Below are positions 41,512 to 51,605 of a stretch of DNA of 64,000 bases, piece by piece. Numbering within the stretch: the first letter of the stretch is position 1; each line of letters begins with the position of its first letter. The position numbers and the translations under genes are program-made. Below the pieces are notes generated by a model, which saw only the letters and a program-made list of their open reading frames with translations, was not told the origin of the DNA and did not search any database. The DNA is taken from sequence record MK373784.1. One strand, written 5' to 3'. Source of the DNA: Escherichia phage vB_EcoM_MM02.

Positions 41512-41752
41512 TTTTAAGTCCTTTAATAACTTTTTGGATTTGTGATTTAGACGAAACTAGTTCTGTCTGAATTTCCAAACCATCGGTTTGGTCAAATGTT
41601 GTAACACAAACGCGAGGTTTTGTTGTGTATCGCCCAGACAAATCAAATGCGTCGCCAATGAATTCGGCCAAATCCGAATGGTCTAAATTAACTGAAGTAT
41701 AAACTTCATATCCGACATCAGCGCCTTGAGAGTATTCAACAACAACATTCAT
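41504..41752 (-). CDS. hypothetical protein, 82 aa
   Basis: ATG ORF between frd and 32. Confidence 0.45.
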   Translation of the reverse strand: MNVVVEYSQGADVGYEVYTSVNLDHSDLAEFIGDAFDLSGRYTTKPRVCVTTFDQTDGLEIQTELVSSKSQIQKVIKGLKNA

Positions 41753-41754
41753 AA

Positions 41755-42066
41755 TTATTTCCTCAGATTTTTCTTAACAACTTTCCAATCAACTTTAAAC
41801 GATTCAACATCAGAGTGGTGAATCCAGAATCCTGCACTTTCACCATCTTCGTAGAGTGGACATCCATCACATTCTTCGTTCCAACCCATTTCACGTAAAG
41901 CTTCTTCAGCTTGTTCAAGGAGTTCAGCGTCTTTACCGACGATGTTGAAGTACCATTTACCTCTAACTTCAGAATCTTTGATGCTCTGTCGTTGCAATCT
42001 CATTTTATTCTCCTTCACTTTTGATTTGATAGGGCTACTATAACATAACCCTATCTGATTGTACAC
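41755..42066 (-). CDS. hypothetical protein, 103 aa
   Basis: ATG ORF between frd and 32. Confidence 0.45.
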   Translation of the reverse strand: MYNQIGLCYSSPIKSKVKENKMRLQRQSIKDSEVRGKWYFNIVGKDAELLEQAEEALREMGWNEECDGCPLYEDGESAGFWIHHSDVESFKVDWKVVKKNLRK

Positions 42067-42458
42067 TACTTTTTAAAAGTTTTTTGCAAAAGTTCGATGA
42101 TTTCGTCGACGTTGGTTTCATCTACGATACAATGGATTTTTGTTACACCTAAAGCTATACCTTCGTTAGTAGGTTGAGGCTTTACTATATCTACCTCAGT
42201 AAAGTATTTGAACTCGTCAGGATAAATCTCAAAATAAGTTTCAATTTCACCACCGGCAGAACATACAGTACCATCTTCCATAGTTACACTTACTACGTTT
42301 GACGTATCGCTATCATAATCAGGTTCCATTCCGTTTACAACAAAACTAGGCCCGTGGAGTTCAATCAATTTTAACATCTTAGCGTTATTGTGTGGTGCTT
42401 CTTGAACAAAGTCATCTTTAAATAAAGGGTTAATGATATAAGATTTTCCGATTTCCAT
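42066..42458 (-). CDS. hypothetical protein, 130 aa
   Basis: ATG ORF, SD GAGGAAA, early promoter upstream. Confidence 0.45.
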   Translation of the reverse strand: MEIGKSYIINPLFKDDFVQEAPHNNAKMLKLIELHGPSFVVNGMEPDYDSDTSNVVSVTMEDGTVCSAGGEIETYFEIYPDEFKYFTEVDIVKPQPTNEGIALGVTKIHCIVDETNVDEIIELLQKTFKK

Positions 42459-42487
42459 TTTGATTTCCTCATGTTGTTGATAGGTCT

Positions 42488-42516
42488 ATACTAACACATC
42501 CAGGGAAGAAGTAAAC
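42488..42516 (-). promoter_or_regulatory. early promoter (GTTTAC-N17-TAGTAT)
   Basis: Upstream of 42066-42458. Confidence 0.45.
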
Positions 42517-42547
42517 AACTTTTTCGGCAATTTACAGATACTCAAAA

Positions 42548-42565
42548 GGGAGACCGAAGTCTCCC
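42548..42565 (-). terminator. terminator after gene 32
   Basis: gggagac-cgaa-gtctccc; minus strand followed by ttttgag. Confidence 0.65.
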
Positions 42566-42571
42566 AATTTA

Positions 42572-43474
42572 TTATAAACCAGCTAACAGGTCATCGAGGT
42601 CGCCATCATCAGAGGATGAGGTAGAGCTCATGAAGTCATCTTCAGTTTTTGCAGAACTAAAGGCTTCCATGTCTTTATCAAAATCGTCAAGGTCAGAAGC
42701 AACTTTATCTGCAACAGAAGCTGCTGCGGCTGCTGCACCACCAAGAGCGGCAGTACCAAGAACCTTAGCGAAAGATTCATTTAATTTTTCAAAGGATTTG
42801 AACTGGTCTTTAGCCGTCAAAGTAGTAAGGTCTACCATCTGGTCATATAGTTCTTTCTGGAATGCTTCATCATTAATACGAGGAATTTCAGATTGACCCA
42901 AGAATTTAGATTCGTCATAGTTGCTAAAACCGGAAACCTGCTTAGCTTTCAGAACGAAGTTGGCACCTTCAAACGGACAAGTAACATCAACTGGAGTTTC
43001 ACCCATTTCGGTATCAACAGCAATCATTGCATTGATTTTGTCCCAAATCTTTTTACCGAAACGATATTTAAATACTTTACCTTCGTTATCTGGAGCTTGA
43101 GGGTCTTTAACAACCAGAATATTAGCCCAATAAGAAGTTTTACGTTTCAGTTGAGAATATTCATTTTTGTTGGTATTGTACAGGTCATTTTTACTAATGT
43201 ACTGACATACAGGACAAGAGTCATAATCACCATGTGTAGAAGAGCAATTTTCAATATACCATTTACCATTTTTCTTGAAACCGTGGTTAACAAGAATTGC
43301 AAATGGTAGTGCATCATCAGTTTTTGCTGGCAAGAAACGAATTACCGCTTGACCATTACCGGATGCATCTAGCTTCAGCTTCCATTCGCCTTTATCTTCT
43401 GAAGAGAAACCTTTGTTACCATTCAGTTTAGCCATTTGAGCAGCGAGGTCAGCAGTAGATTTACGTTTAAACAT
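42572..43474 (-). CDS. 32: single-stranded DNA-binding protein gp32
   Basis: 300 aa; N-terminus [23 protein letters not shown] and acidic Ser/Asp-rich C-terminus as T4 gp32. Confidence 0.95.
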   Translation of the reverse strand: MFKRKSTADLAAQMAKLNGNKGFSSEDKGEWKLKLDASGNGQAVIRFLPAKTDDALPFAILVNHGFKKNGKWYIENCSSTHGDYDSCPVCQYISKNDLYNTNKNEYSQLKRKTSYWANILVVKDPQAPDNEGKVFKYRFGKKIWDKINAMIAVDTEMGETPVDVTCPFEGANFVLKAKQVSGFSNYDESKFLGQSEIPRINDEAFQKELYDQMVDLTTLTAKDQFKSFEKLNESFAKVLGTAALGGAAAAAASVADKVASDLDDFDKDMEAFSSAKTEDDFMSSTSSSDDGDLDDLLAGL

Positions 43475-43592
43475 GGATTATTACCTTTTATTTAGATTAT
43501 TTAATTTATTTACAGTTGGTTGCTACGACACTTATACCTCGTAGCTGGTATGATTTATTTATAAAGTAATTTTAACACACAAGAAATAAAGC

Positions 43593-44246
43593 TTAATACT
43601 TACATGATTTGATTGTTTCTATGAACAATTTCTTAGCAACATTTCCATCGATTTGAAGTATTTTTCGATATGCCTTTAATTTGGTAGAATAATTTTGCCA
43701 GACTAAGTTATCGGTGAGTTCGTCGTGCTTATCTATAATATTCAAAAACGAGTCCAACAATAAGAAAGTTTCAAATGAAATTATATTGCTTTGTAGCAAT
43801 TTAAATATGTAGCTCGACTGAACGTTGTTATTATAATCAAATATCTCTTGAAGCGCACTAACTTCAACTTTCTTACTGAAATAGTAGATGTTACGTACGT
43901 CTTCAGCAAACGTCTCCTTGGCTTGTTTGAGACGTCCAATATATTCCCTATAGAAAACTAATGCATCAGCGTCTGATATCTCACCAATCCATGCGTCTTG
44001 GTTAGCAACTAAGTTGCTTATGAATATCAAGGTGAGTTCCTTCAATTTATATTTCTCTGCTAGTTTTTCAAAGAAATATTTATCTCGGCGTTTTTGATAC
44101 GCATTATCCGAAACACGCATGCACCAGTTATATTTGATTACGTCATACCGACCATTAAAATGTTGTTTGCACATCAAGTATAGTTTGTATACCGATTTTC
44201 CGTTAATATAACGTTCTCCATCAGGAGGCATGCGTATTTTAATCAT
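43593..44246 (-). CDS. 59: helicase loader gp59
   Basis: 217 aa, same length as T4 gp59; synteny. Confidence 0.85.
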   Translation of the reverse strand: MIKIRMPPDGERYINGKSVYKLYLMCKQHFNGRYDVIKYNWCMRVSDNAYQKRRDKYFFEKLAEKYKLKELTLIFISNLVANQDAWIGEISDADALVFYREYIGRLKQAKETFAEDVRNIYYFSKKVEVSALQEIFDYNNNVQSSYIFKLLQSNIISFETFLLLDSFLNIIDKHDELTDNLVWQNYSTKLKAYRKILQIDGNVAKKLFIETIKSCKY

Positions 44247-44581
44247 AATAAGAAATCTAACGTATTAGTTTTTTCACCACGAGCAACTGATGGGCGAAGC
44301 ATGTTTTCGTCAATTGCTTCGCTTGTAATTTTTTCAACAATTCCTGTAGGAATAAATTTAGCAAATTGTGTTTCTGGAATAGAATTTTCTTCCAAGAAAG
44401 CAGTTGTTGCTTCTAAATAAGACATACCAAATTGTTCAACCATGGATTCGATAATGAATCCGTTTTCTTGTCGGTCAAGCAATTTAGCGATATCATCTTT
44501 ATCGTGTTTTACTGCTAATTCTTGTTCAGATAAACCGGCCTCATCAACCGGTTTAATATCACTTAGTGAAAACTGTGTCAT
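44243..44581 (-). CDS. 33: late transcription accessory protein gp33
   Basis: 112 aa, same length as T4 gp33; synteny. Confidence 0.8.
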   Translation of the reverse strand: MTQFSLSDIKPVDEAGLSEQELAVKHDKDDIAKLLDRQENGFIIESMVEQFGMSYLEATTAFLEENSIPETQFAKFIPTGIVEKITSEAIDENMLRPSVARGEKTNTLDFLL

Positions 44582-44846
44582 AAAGCTCGACTACCTCTTC
44601 GTTTTCAGCTTCAAATTGGTCACGAGCGTCTTTATGATAAAGAGCTAACAAACGATTAAACATTTTTCCATCGACACCAAGCTCTTCTTTAGCACGAGTA
44701 CGAATGTCTTTAATCAGTTCATTATAACCAGAAATTTTAAGTTTGTTATCGGAAGCTTCCTTGACTAGTTTAGCCAGTTCTTCACCATGCACATCTTGAT
44801 TAAATTCAACTGCTTCTTTCTTAGCCATGTTTACCTCAGAATTCAT
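44559..44846 (-). CDS. dsbA: DsbA-like dsDNA-binding protein
   Basis: 95 aa ORF between 33 and rnh. Confidence 0.65.
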   Translation of the reverse strand: MNSEVNMAKKEAVEFNQDVHGEELAKLVKEASDNKLKISGYNELIKDIRTRAKEELGVDGKMFNRLLALYHKDARDQFEAENEEVVELYDTVFTK

Positions 44847-45753
44847 TAATTACACTTGTTAATTTAGAAAGACCAGATTTTACAAAGTATGAATAAATCT
44901 TGCCTTTAGGTTGTTGTTTATATGAGTTATAATACTCTATAATGGTTGAAGCAATATTATCAGGGATATAATCAAAATCAATGAGAACCAAATTTTCTTG
45001 ATACCGTTTATATTCTTCAGCACTTAATAATACTTCAGCTTGAGAACGGTCGTTAGCAATTGCTTCAATAATTGATGTTTTCATGCTTGGAGTTCGTTCA
45101 CCATCAACTCTGGTAAACCAGAAGTCGCCACGAACTCGAACAGATGCAACACCATCCTTACGGTCACCTTTAAGAATTTTAGTCATGCAATCAATTTCAG
45201 CAGAACCGTTCTTAATTTTAACCCATTTTTTCTGTGGTGGCGACCACTGTTTGACATTAGGGTATTTGTGTAATTGTGTAAAGTCACCATCTGATGCAAC
45301 AATACATACTTTATGTCCAGCTAATGACAAATATTTAGTTAATACACCGATATGGTCATCCGCTTCATACTTGTCAATATCCATTACAACGTATGGCATG
45401 TATTTCTTAATCTCATCAACAACTTGATGGAGTGCAGTAAAATATCCTTCCCAATCCCACTTTGAAGCTTCACGATCGGTTTTACGATTTTTCTTGTAAT
45501 AGTAAGCAAAATCACGTCGCCAATAACCTGAAGTAGCATTATCCATACACAATACAAATTTTGTATAGCCTTGCTTACGGAACATCACTACGTTTTTACG
45601 AATTGAGTTCAAGATTACATGACGAACCATTGGAACAGTAATTTTATCGCCGTCTTCAAAGTTGTTTAATGCGGCTGCCAATGCAATGTTACTAAAGTCG
45701 GCAAGTGCAATACCTTCTTTGTAATCTTCATCCAACATCATTTCTAAATCCAT
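44836..45753 (-). CDS. rnh: RNase H (5'-3' exonuclease, FEN family)
   Basis: 305 aa, same length as T4 RNase H; long identical stretches (YWRRDFAYYYKKNR, DGDFTQLHKYPNVKQWSP). Confidence 0.9.
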   Translation of the reverse strand: MDLEMMLDEDYKEGIALADFSNIALAAALNNFEDGDKITVPMVRHVILNSIRKNVVMFRKQGYTKFVLCMDNATSGYWRRDFAYYYKKNRKTDREASKWDWEGYFTALHQVVDEIKKYMPYVVMDIDKYEADDHIGVLTKYLSLAGHKVCIVASDGDFTQLHKYPNVKQWSPPQKKWVKIKNGSAEIDCMTKILKGDRKDGVASVRVRGDFWFTRVDGERTPSMKTSIIEAIANDRSQAEVLLSAEEYKRYQENLVLIDFDYIPDNIASTIIEYYNSYKQQPKGKIYSYFVKSGLSKLTSVINEF

Positions 45754-45785
45754 ACGAACCTCTTGTTCAGTTAGTCAACTTGACT

Positions 45786-45815
45786 ATAGTAACACACTCA
45801 TTTGAAAGCGTAAAC
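45786..45815 (-). promoter_or_regulatory. early promoter upstream of rnh
   Basis: GTTTAC -35; palindrome AGTCAAGTTGACT just downstream of -10. Confidence 0.45.
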
Positions 45816-45818
45816 TGG

Positions 45819-45826
45819 TATAAATA
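45819..45826 (+). promoter_or_regulatory. T4-type late promoter TATAAATA (gene 34)
   Basis: Exact TATAAATA ~30 bp upstream of ATG 45857. Confidence 0.65.
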
Positions 45827-45856
45827 AGTATTATTGAAACAATAAAGGAAAAACGA

Positions 45857-48800
45857 ATGGCCGACATCAAACGTAAGTTCAGAGCCGAAGACGGTCTGGA
45901 CGCCGGTGGCGACAAGATTGTTAACGTAGCATTAGCCGACCGTACAGTAGGTACTGATGGCGTAAACGTTGACTTCCTGGTACAAGAAAACACCGTTCAA
46001 GTATATGATTCTACGCGTGGATATAACAAAGGATTTGTTGTTCTTTATGACAACCGTTTATATCAAGCAATAAATGATATCGTGTCTCCTTCCGGGGCAT
46101 TTAACCTTTTACAATGGCGTGCAGTTCGTACTGATGCACAATGGATAACTGTCGCTTCTGGGACTTATCAACTTTCTTCAGGTGAATCTATTTCGGTTAA
46201 CACTGGTGCCGGCAATGATATGGTTTTCACGTTGCCAAATACGCCGGTTGATGGTGATACTGTTGTTTTGGCTGATATTGGTGGAAGAACCGGGACAGTT
46301 AAAGTACAGATTAACGCGTCTGTGCAGAGTATTTTAAACTTTAGAGGTGAACAGGTTCGTACAGTTTTAATGACGCGTCCGCGTTCACAACTATTGTTTG
46401 TGTTTAGTAATCGTTTGTGGCAGATGTATATTATCGATTATGGTAAAGAATCAATCACTGTTACACCTGCGACACCATATCAAGCACAAGCAAATGATTT
46501 TATCGTTCGTCGTTTTACTAGTGCAGCACCAATCAACATTACACTTCCACGTAATGCTAACAACGGTGATATAATCCACCTAGTTGATTTAGATAAATTA
46601 AACCCACTGTATCATACAATTGTTAAAACATTTGATGATACAACGTCTATTGGTGAAGTCGGGACTCATATTGCCGAAGGCAGAAATGACTCTGACGCGT
46701 TTTTTGTTTTTGATGCTGCAAGTAGTTTATGGCGTATATGGGAAGGCGACCAGAAATCGCGTCTTCGTATTATCCGTGCGGATTCAAATATTCGTCCAAA
46801 TGAAGAAGTTCTTATTTTTGGCACAAATAACGCTACGGCTGGAACTATTAATCTTACGCTGCCTACAGGAATTTTGAGTGGTGACACTGTTAAAATTTCA
46901 ATGAACTACATGCGTAAAGGCCAAACAGTAAAAATTAAAGCTGCCGAAGGTGATACAATTGCTTCTTCTGTTGCATTGCTTCAGTTCCCTAAACGTTCTG
47001 AATATCCACCTGATGCTCAATGGGTCTCTGTTACTGAACTAGAATTCAATGGCACTACTTCATATGTTCCTGTATTAGAATTAGCGTATATCGAAGACAC
47101 TGTTGCTGGTACAAGTTATTGGGTTGTTCAACAAAACGTCCCAACTGTAGAACGTGTCGATGCTGGAACTGATACAACTAGAGCTCGTGTAGGTGTTATT
47201 GCTCTTGCTACTCAAGCGCAAGCAAATGTTGATTTAGAGAATACTCCAGCTAAAGAAGTGGCTATTACTCCTGAAACGTTGGCAAATCGTACAGCAACTG
47301 AAGCTCGACGTGGTATCGCTAAAATTGCTACAACAGCACAAGTTAACCAGAATTCCACAGCATCATTTGTGGACGATACTATTGTTACGCCTAAAAAACT
47401 AAATGAGCGTACAGCAACTGAAACTCGTCGCGGTCTTGCTGAAATTGCTACTCAGGCCGAAACCGATGCTGGTCTTGATGACACAACGATTATTACACCT
47501 AAGAAATTGCAGGCACGTCAGGGCTCTGAAACACTATCTGGTATAGTTAAATATGTATCAACTACTTCTGCTACTCCTGCTGAAACTCGTGGGGCCGCAG
47601 GCACTAACGTTTATAATAAAACCGTAAATAATTTAACTATTTCTCCTAAAGCCCTTGACCAATATAAAGCAACTTATGCTCAACAAGGTGCAGTAATTTT
47701 AGCTGTTGATAGTGAAGTAATTGCTGGACAATCTCAAGCAGGTTATTCTCATGCTGTAGTAACTCCTGAAACACTACATAAGAAAACTTCTACTGATGGA
47801 CGTATTGGTTTAATTGAAATTGCTACGCAAGCAGAAACTAATGCTGGGACTGATTATACACGTGCAGTAACGCCTAAGACGTTAAATGATAGGAAAGCTA
47901 CGGAAGGATTATCCGGCATAGCCGAACTTGCTACGCAAGTCGAATTTGATACTGGAACTGATGATACTCGTATCTCGACTCCACTGAAAATTAAAACTCA
48001 TTTTGATTCTTCTGACCGTACCAGTGTTAATTCTGATTCCGGACTTATTGAAGAAGGAACCTTGTGGAACCATTATACTCTTGATATTTCTAAAGCAAAT
48101 GAAACACAACGTGGTACACTTCGCGTAGCGACCCAGGCAGAATCTAATGCAGGAACTTTAGATGATGTTCTTATTACTCCTAAAAAGCTTTTAGGGACTA
48201 AGTCCACTGAAACGTCTGAAGGCGTAATTAAGGTTGCTACTCAGGCTGAAACTGTAACAGGAACTTCTGCTAATACTGCTGTATCTCCTAAGAATTTAAA
48301 ATGGATTGTCCAGAACGAACCAACATGGGCTGCTACTACTGCAATAAGAGGTTTTGTTAAAACTTCATCTGGTTCAATTACATTCGTTGGTAATGATACA
48401 GTCGGTTCTACCCAAGATTTAGAACTGTATGAGAAAAATAGCTATGCGGTATCACCATATGAATTAAACCGTGTATTAGCAAATTATCTGCCGTTAAAAG
48501 CAAAAGCTGTAGATAGTAATTTATTGGATGGTCTAGATTCATCTCAGTTCATTCGTAGGGATATTGCACAGACGGTTAATGGTTCACTAACCTTAACCCA
48601 ACAAACGAATCTGAGTGCCCCTCTTGTATCATCTAGTACTGCTACGTTTGGTGGTTCAGTTTCGGCAAATAGTACATTAACTATTTCTAACTCTGGAACA
48701 GCTACTCGACTGATTTTTGAAAAAGGACCTCAGACCGGAACAAATCCTGCTCAAACTATGACTATCAGAGTTTGGGGAAATGAATTTGGTGGTGGTTCAG

Positions 48801-49732
48801 ATACAACACGTTCTACTGTATTTGAAGTTGGCGATGAAACATCTAATCACTTTTATTCTCAACGTAATAAAGCTGGGAATATAACGTTTAGCATTAATGG
48901 TACTGTGATGCCAATAAATATTAACGCTTCAGGCACGTTAAATGCGAATGGCGTTGCAACATTTGGTCGTTCAGTTACAGCCAATGGTGAATTCATTAGC
49001 AAGTCTGCAAATGCTTTCAGAGCAATTAGTGGTGATTACGGATTCTTTATTCGCAATGATGGCGGCAGCACATATTTTATGCTTACTGCATCTGGTGATC
49101 AGACCGGTGGATTTAATGGATTACGTCCATTATCAATTAATAATCAATTCGGTCAAGTTACGATTGGTGAAAGCTTAATCATTGCCAAAGGTGCTACTAT
49201 AAATTCAGGCGGTTTAACTGTTAACTCGAGAATTCGTTCTCAGGGTACTAAAGCATCTGATTTATATACCCGTGCGCCAACATCTGATAATGTAGGATTC
49301 TGGTCAATTGATATTAACGATTCAGCCACTTATAACCAGTTCCCAGGTTATTTTAAAATGGTTGAAAAAACTAATGAAGTGACTGGGCTTCCATACTTAG
49401 AACGTGGCGAAGAAGTTAAATCTCCTGGTACACTGACTCAGTTTGGTAACACACTTGATTCACTTTACCAAGATTGGATTACTTATCCAACAACCCCAGA
49501 AGCACGTACAACCCGTTGGACTCGTACATGGCAGAAAACTAAAAATTCTTGGTCAAGTTTTGTTCAAGTATTTGATGGGGGTAACCCTCCTCAGCCATCT
49601 GATATTGGTGCTTTACCTTCTGATAATGCAACAATCGGAAACTTGACAATAAGGGATTTCTTAAGGATTGGTAATGTCCGCATTATTCCAGACCCTGTGA
49701 ATAAATCTGTTAAATTCGAGTGGATTGAATAA
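45857..49732 (+). CDS. 34: long tail fibre proximal subunit gp34
   Basis: 1291 aa; late promoter TATAAATA 45819-45826; internal repeats around an (I/V)ATQAE motif. Confidence 0.9.
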   Translation: MADIKRKFRAEDGLDAGGDKIVNVALADRTVGTDGVNVDFLVQENTVQVYDSTRGYNKGFVVLYDNRLYQAINDIVSPSGAFNLLQWRAVRTDAQWITVASGTYQLSSGESISVNTGAGNDMVFTLPNTPVDGDTVVLADIGGRTGTVKVQINASVQSILNFRGEQVRTVLMTRPRSQLLFVFSNRLWQMYIIDYGKESITVTPATPYQAQANDFIVRRFTSAAPINITLPRNANNGDIIHLVDLDKLNPLYHTIVKTFDDTTSIGEVGTHIAEGRNDSDAFFVFDAASSLWRIWEGDQKSRLRIIRADSNIRPNEEVLIFGTNNATAGTINLTLPTGILSGDTVKISMNYMRKGQTVKIKAAEGDTIASSVALLQFPKRSEYPPDAQWVSVTELEFNGTTSYVPVLELAYIEDTVAGTSYWVVQQNVPTVERVDAGTDTTRARVGVIALATQAQANVDLENTPAKEVAITPETLANRTATEARRGIAKIATTAQVNQNSTASFVDDTIVTPKKLNERTATETRRGLAEIATQAETDAGLDDTTIITPKKLQARQGSETLSGIVKYVSTTSATPAETRGAAGTNVYNKTVNNLTISPKALDQYKATYAQQGAVILAVDSEVIAGQSQAGYSHAVVTPETLHKKTSTDGRIGLIEIATQAETNAGTDYTRAVTPKTLNDRKATEGLSGIAELATQVEFDTGTDDTRISTPLKIKTHFDSSDRTSVNSDSGLIEEGTLWNHYTLDISKANETQRGTLRVATQAESNAGTLDDVLITPKKLLGTKSTETSEGVIKVATQAETVTGTSANTAVSPKNLKWIVQNEPTWAATTAIRGFVKTSSGSITFVGNDTVGSTQDLELYEKNSYAVSPYELNRVLANYLPLKAKAVDSNLLDGLDSSQFIRRDIAQTVNGSLTLTQQTNLSAPLVSSSTATFGGSVSANSTLTISNSGTATRLIFEKGPQTGTNPAQTMTIRVWGNEFGGGSDTTRSTVFEVGDETSNHFYSQRNKAGNITFSINGTVMPININASGTLNANGVATFGRSVTANGEFISKSANAFRAISGDYGFFIRNDGGSTYFMLTASGDQTGGFNGLRPLSINNQFGQVTIGESLIIAKGATINSGGLTVNSRIRSQGTKASDLYTRAPTSDNVGFWSIDINDSATYNQFPGYFKMVEKTNEVTGLPYLERGEEVKSPGTLTQFGNTLDSLYQDWITYPTTPEARTTRWTRTWQKTKNSWSSFVQVFDGGNPPQPSDIGALPSDNATIGNLTIRDFLRIGNVRIIPDPVNKSVKFEWIE

Positions 49733-49740
49733 GAGGTATT

Positions 49741-50868
49741 ATGGAAAAATTTATGGCTAAGTTTGGACAAGGATACGTCCAAACGCCATTTTTATCGGAA
49801 AGCAATTCAGTACGATTTAAATTAAGCATAGCGGGCTCTTGCCCGCTATCAACATCTCCTGCTTATATTAAGTTCCAGGATAATCCACTTGGGTCCCAGG
49901 TTTTTTCCGTTGGATTAAACGTTCGTGTAATAAATCCTACAACGGGTGCAGTAGTTGAATCTAAGACATATAATTTCTCTACTGAAAACGACGCCACGTC
50001 AAGTGCATTTGTTACTTTCATGGACACATATGCTTCAAATTTTATATTTGCTCTTGTTACTAACGCTAAAACAAACTTTCCGCCAGAAGTTCTTGCATGG
50101 TTTAATAAAGCCGGAAGTTCTGCTATTCCATTAGCTCAACAAGTTTTAAATATAGTGGACATTTCTTATTCGGCATTTTATATTTCTGGTAAGAATGCTA
50201 TAGCACTAGAACATATTAAGTATAGTAATAAGAAAACTTCAACCGACTATAGTACACCACTTGATGTTGTGTACGACACGATCGATGATATTGGTGCTAC
50301 CGGCTTCCCTAGTCGTACGTACGAATCGACAGACACATTTTTATCTGCTGTTGGAGGTACTAATAATGAAATTAAAAGGATGCCTACAACATCCATTATT
50401 ACACCTCTCGCTGGGTATAAATTGAAGCCTGGAGATTTCCTTTATATGAAATTCCAACTAATTGCCGATGCTGATTTGTTAGCACAAGGGACGACACGAC
50501 TTTCTATTCGTTTCTTTAAATCTCCTTCTACTTCACCTATTTCATTTAAGGATATAAACTTTGATGGGGCTGCAGGTGAATGGAAGATATATGAAGACTA
50601 CATAGAAATTCCTGCTGGTGCTGACGGGTTCACGATTTATTGTTATCGTACAGCTCCAGTCGGGCAAGGTGGATTAAGAAACGTTATATTTACTGAAGTA
50701 TCATGTAATGGAAGCGTTTCAAAACCTGCCGAGTTTGGTATAAATGGTATTCGTGTAAATTATGTTTCAGAATCTTTAAGTGCTCCAGACATAATGACAT
50801 TACCTACTCAATCTTCAACTGATACTGGTAAGGTATTTGGACAAGAATTTAAAGAAGCATCAGAATAA
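49741..50868 (+). CDS. 35: long tail fibre hinge gp35
   Basis: 375 aa; synteny. Confidence 0.85.
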   Translation: MEKFMAKFGQGYVQTPFLSESNSVRFKLSIAGSCPLSTSPAYIKFQDNPLGSQVFSVGLNVRVINPTTGAVVESKTYNFSTENDATSSAFVTFMDTYASNFIFALVTNAKTNFPPEVLAWFNKAGSSAIPLAQQVLNIVDISYSAFYISGKNAIALEHIKYSNKKTSTDYSTPLDVVYDTIDDIGATGFPSRTYESTDTFLSAVGGTNNEIKRMPTTSIITPLAGYKLKPGDFLYMKFQLIADADLLAQGTTRLSIRFFKSPSTSPISFKDINFDGAAGEWKIYEDYIEIPAGADGFTIYCYRTAPVGQGGLRNVIFTEVSCNGSVSKPAEFGINGIRVNYVSESLSAPDIMTLPTQSSTDTGKVFGQEFKEASE

Positions 50869-50873
50869 ATTTA

Positions 50874-50891
50874 GGGAGACTTCGGTCTCCC
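50874..50891 (+). terminator. terminator after gene 35
   Basis: gggagac-ttcg-gtctccc + attttt. Confidence 0.7.
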
Positions 50892-50898
50892 ATTTTTG

Positions 50899-50906
50899 TA
50901 TAAATA
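50899..50906 (+). promoter_or_regulatory. T4-type late promoter TATAAATA (gene 36)
   Basis: Exact TATAAATA after gene 35 terminator, ~25 bp upstream of ATG 50932. Confidence 0.6.
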
Positions 50907-50931
50907 TGGGTATACATATAAGGAGACAACT

Positions 50932-51597
50932 ATGGCCGATTTAAAAGCTGGTAGTACAACTGGCGGTGCCGTTATATGGCATCAAGGTAATTTCCCTTTA
51001 ATGCCAGCAGGTGATGACGTCCTGTATAAAACGTTTAAACTCTATTCAGAATATAATAAACCACAGGCAGCTGATAACGATTTCGTTTCTAAAGCAAATG
51101 GTGGTACTTACGCTTCAAAGGTAACATTTAACAGTGGCGTGCAAATACCATATGCTATAAACAATACAAACCAAAGCGGTATTTTTCCTGGTAACGGTGA
51201 TGCAGCTACTTTTGTTACAGCAAATATTGATATTGTTTCATGGTACGGTATTGGTTTTAAATCATCACAAGGAACAGCTGGTAGAACTGTAGTAATCAAT
51301 ACACGTAATGGTGATATTAATACAAAAGGCGTTGTGTCGGCAGCTGGTCAAGTAAGAAGCGATGCGACTTCTCCTATAGCAGCGAATGATCTCACAAGAA
51401 AAGATTATGTTGATGGACGAATAAATATTGTTACGGATAACGCAAATTCCCGTGTATTGCGTAAAGGCGATACCATGACTGGTACTTTAACAGCACCAAA
51501 CTTTTTCTCACAGAATCCGGCGTCTGAGGCTAATCATGTTCCTCGTTTCGACCAGATTGTAATTAAAGATTCTGTTCAAGATTTCGGCTATTATTAA
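50932..51597 (+). CDS. 36: long tail fibre distal connector gp36
   Basis: ORF track begins at TTG 50896; ATG 50932 with SD AAGGAG and late promoter 50899-50906 gives 221 aa. Confidence 0.85.
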   Translation: MADLKAGSTTGGAVIWHQGNFPLMPAGDDVLYKTFKLYSEYNKPQAADNDFVSKANGGTYASKVTFNSGVQIPYAINNTNQSGIFPGNGDAATFVTANIDIVSWYGIGFKSSQGTAGRTVVINTRNGDINTKGVVSAAGQVRSDATSPIAANDLTRKDYVDGRINIVTDNANSRVLRKGDTMTGTLTAPNFFSQNPASEANHVPRFDQIVIKDSVQDFGYY

Positions 51598-51605
51598 GAG
51601 GACTT

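Noticed and set aside
46620-46887. Short ORFs on both strands inside gene 34 (46620-46877 plus, 46666-46887 minus)
   Set aside because: Embedded in the conserved tail-fibre reading frame with no expression signals.
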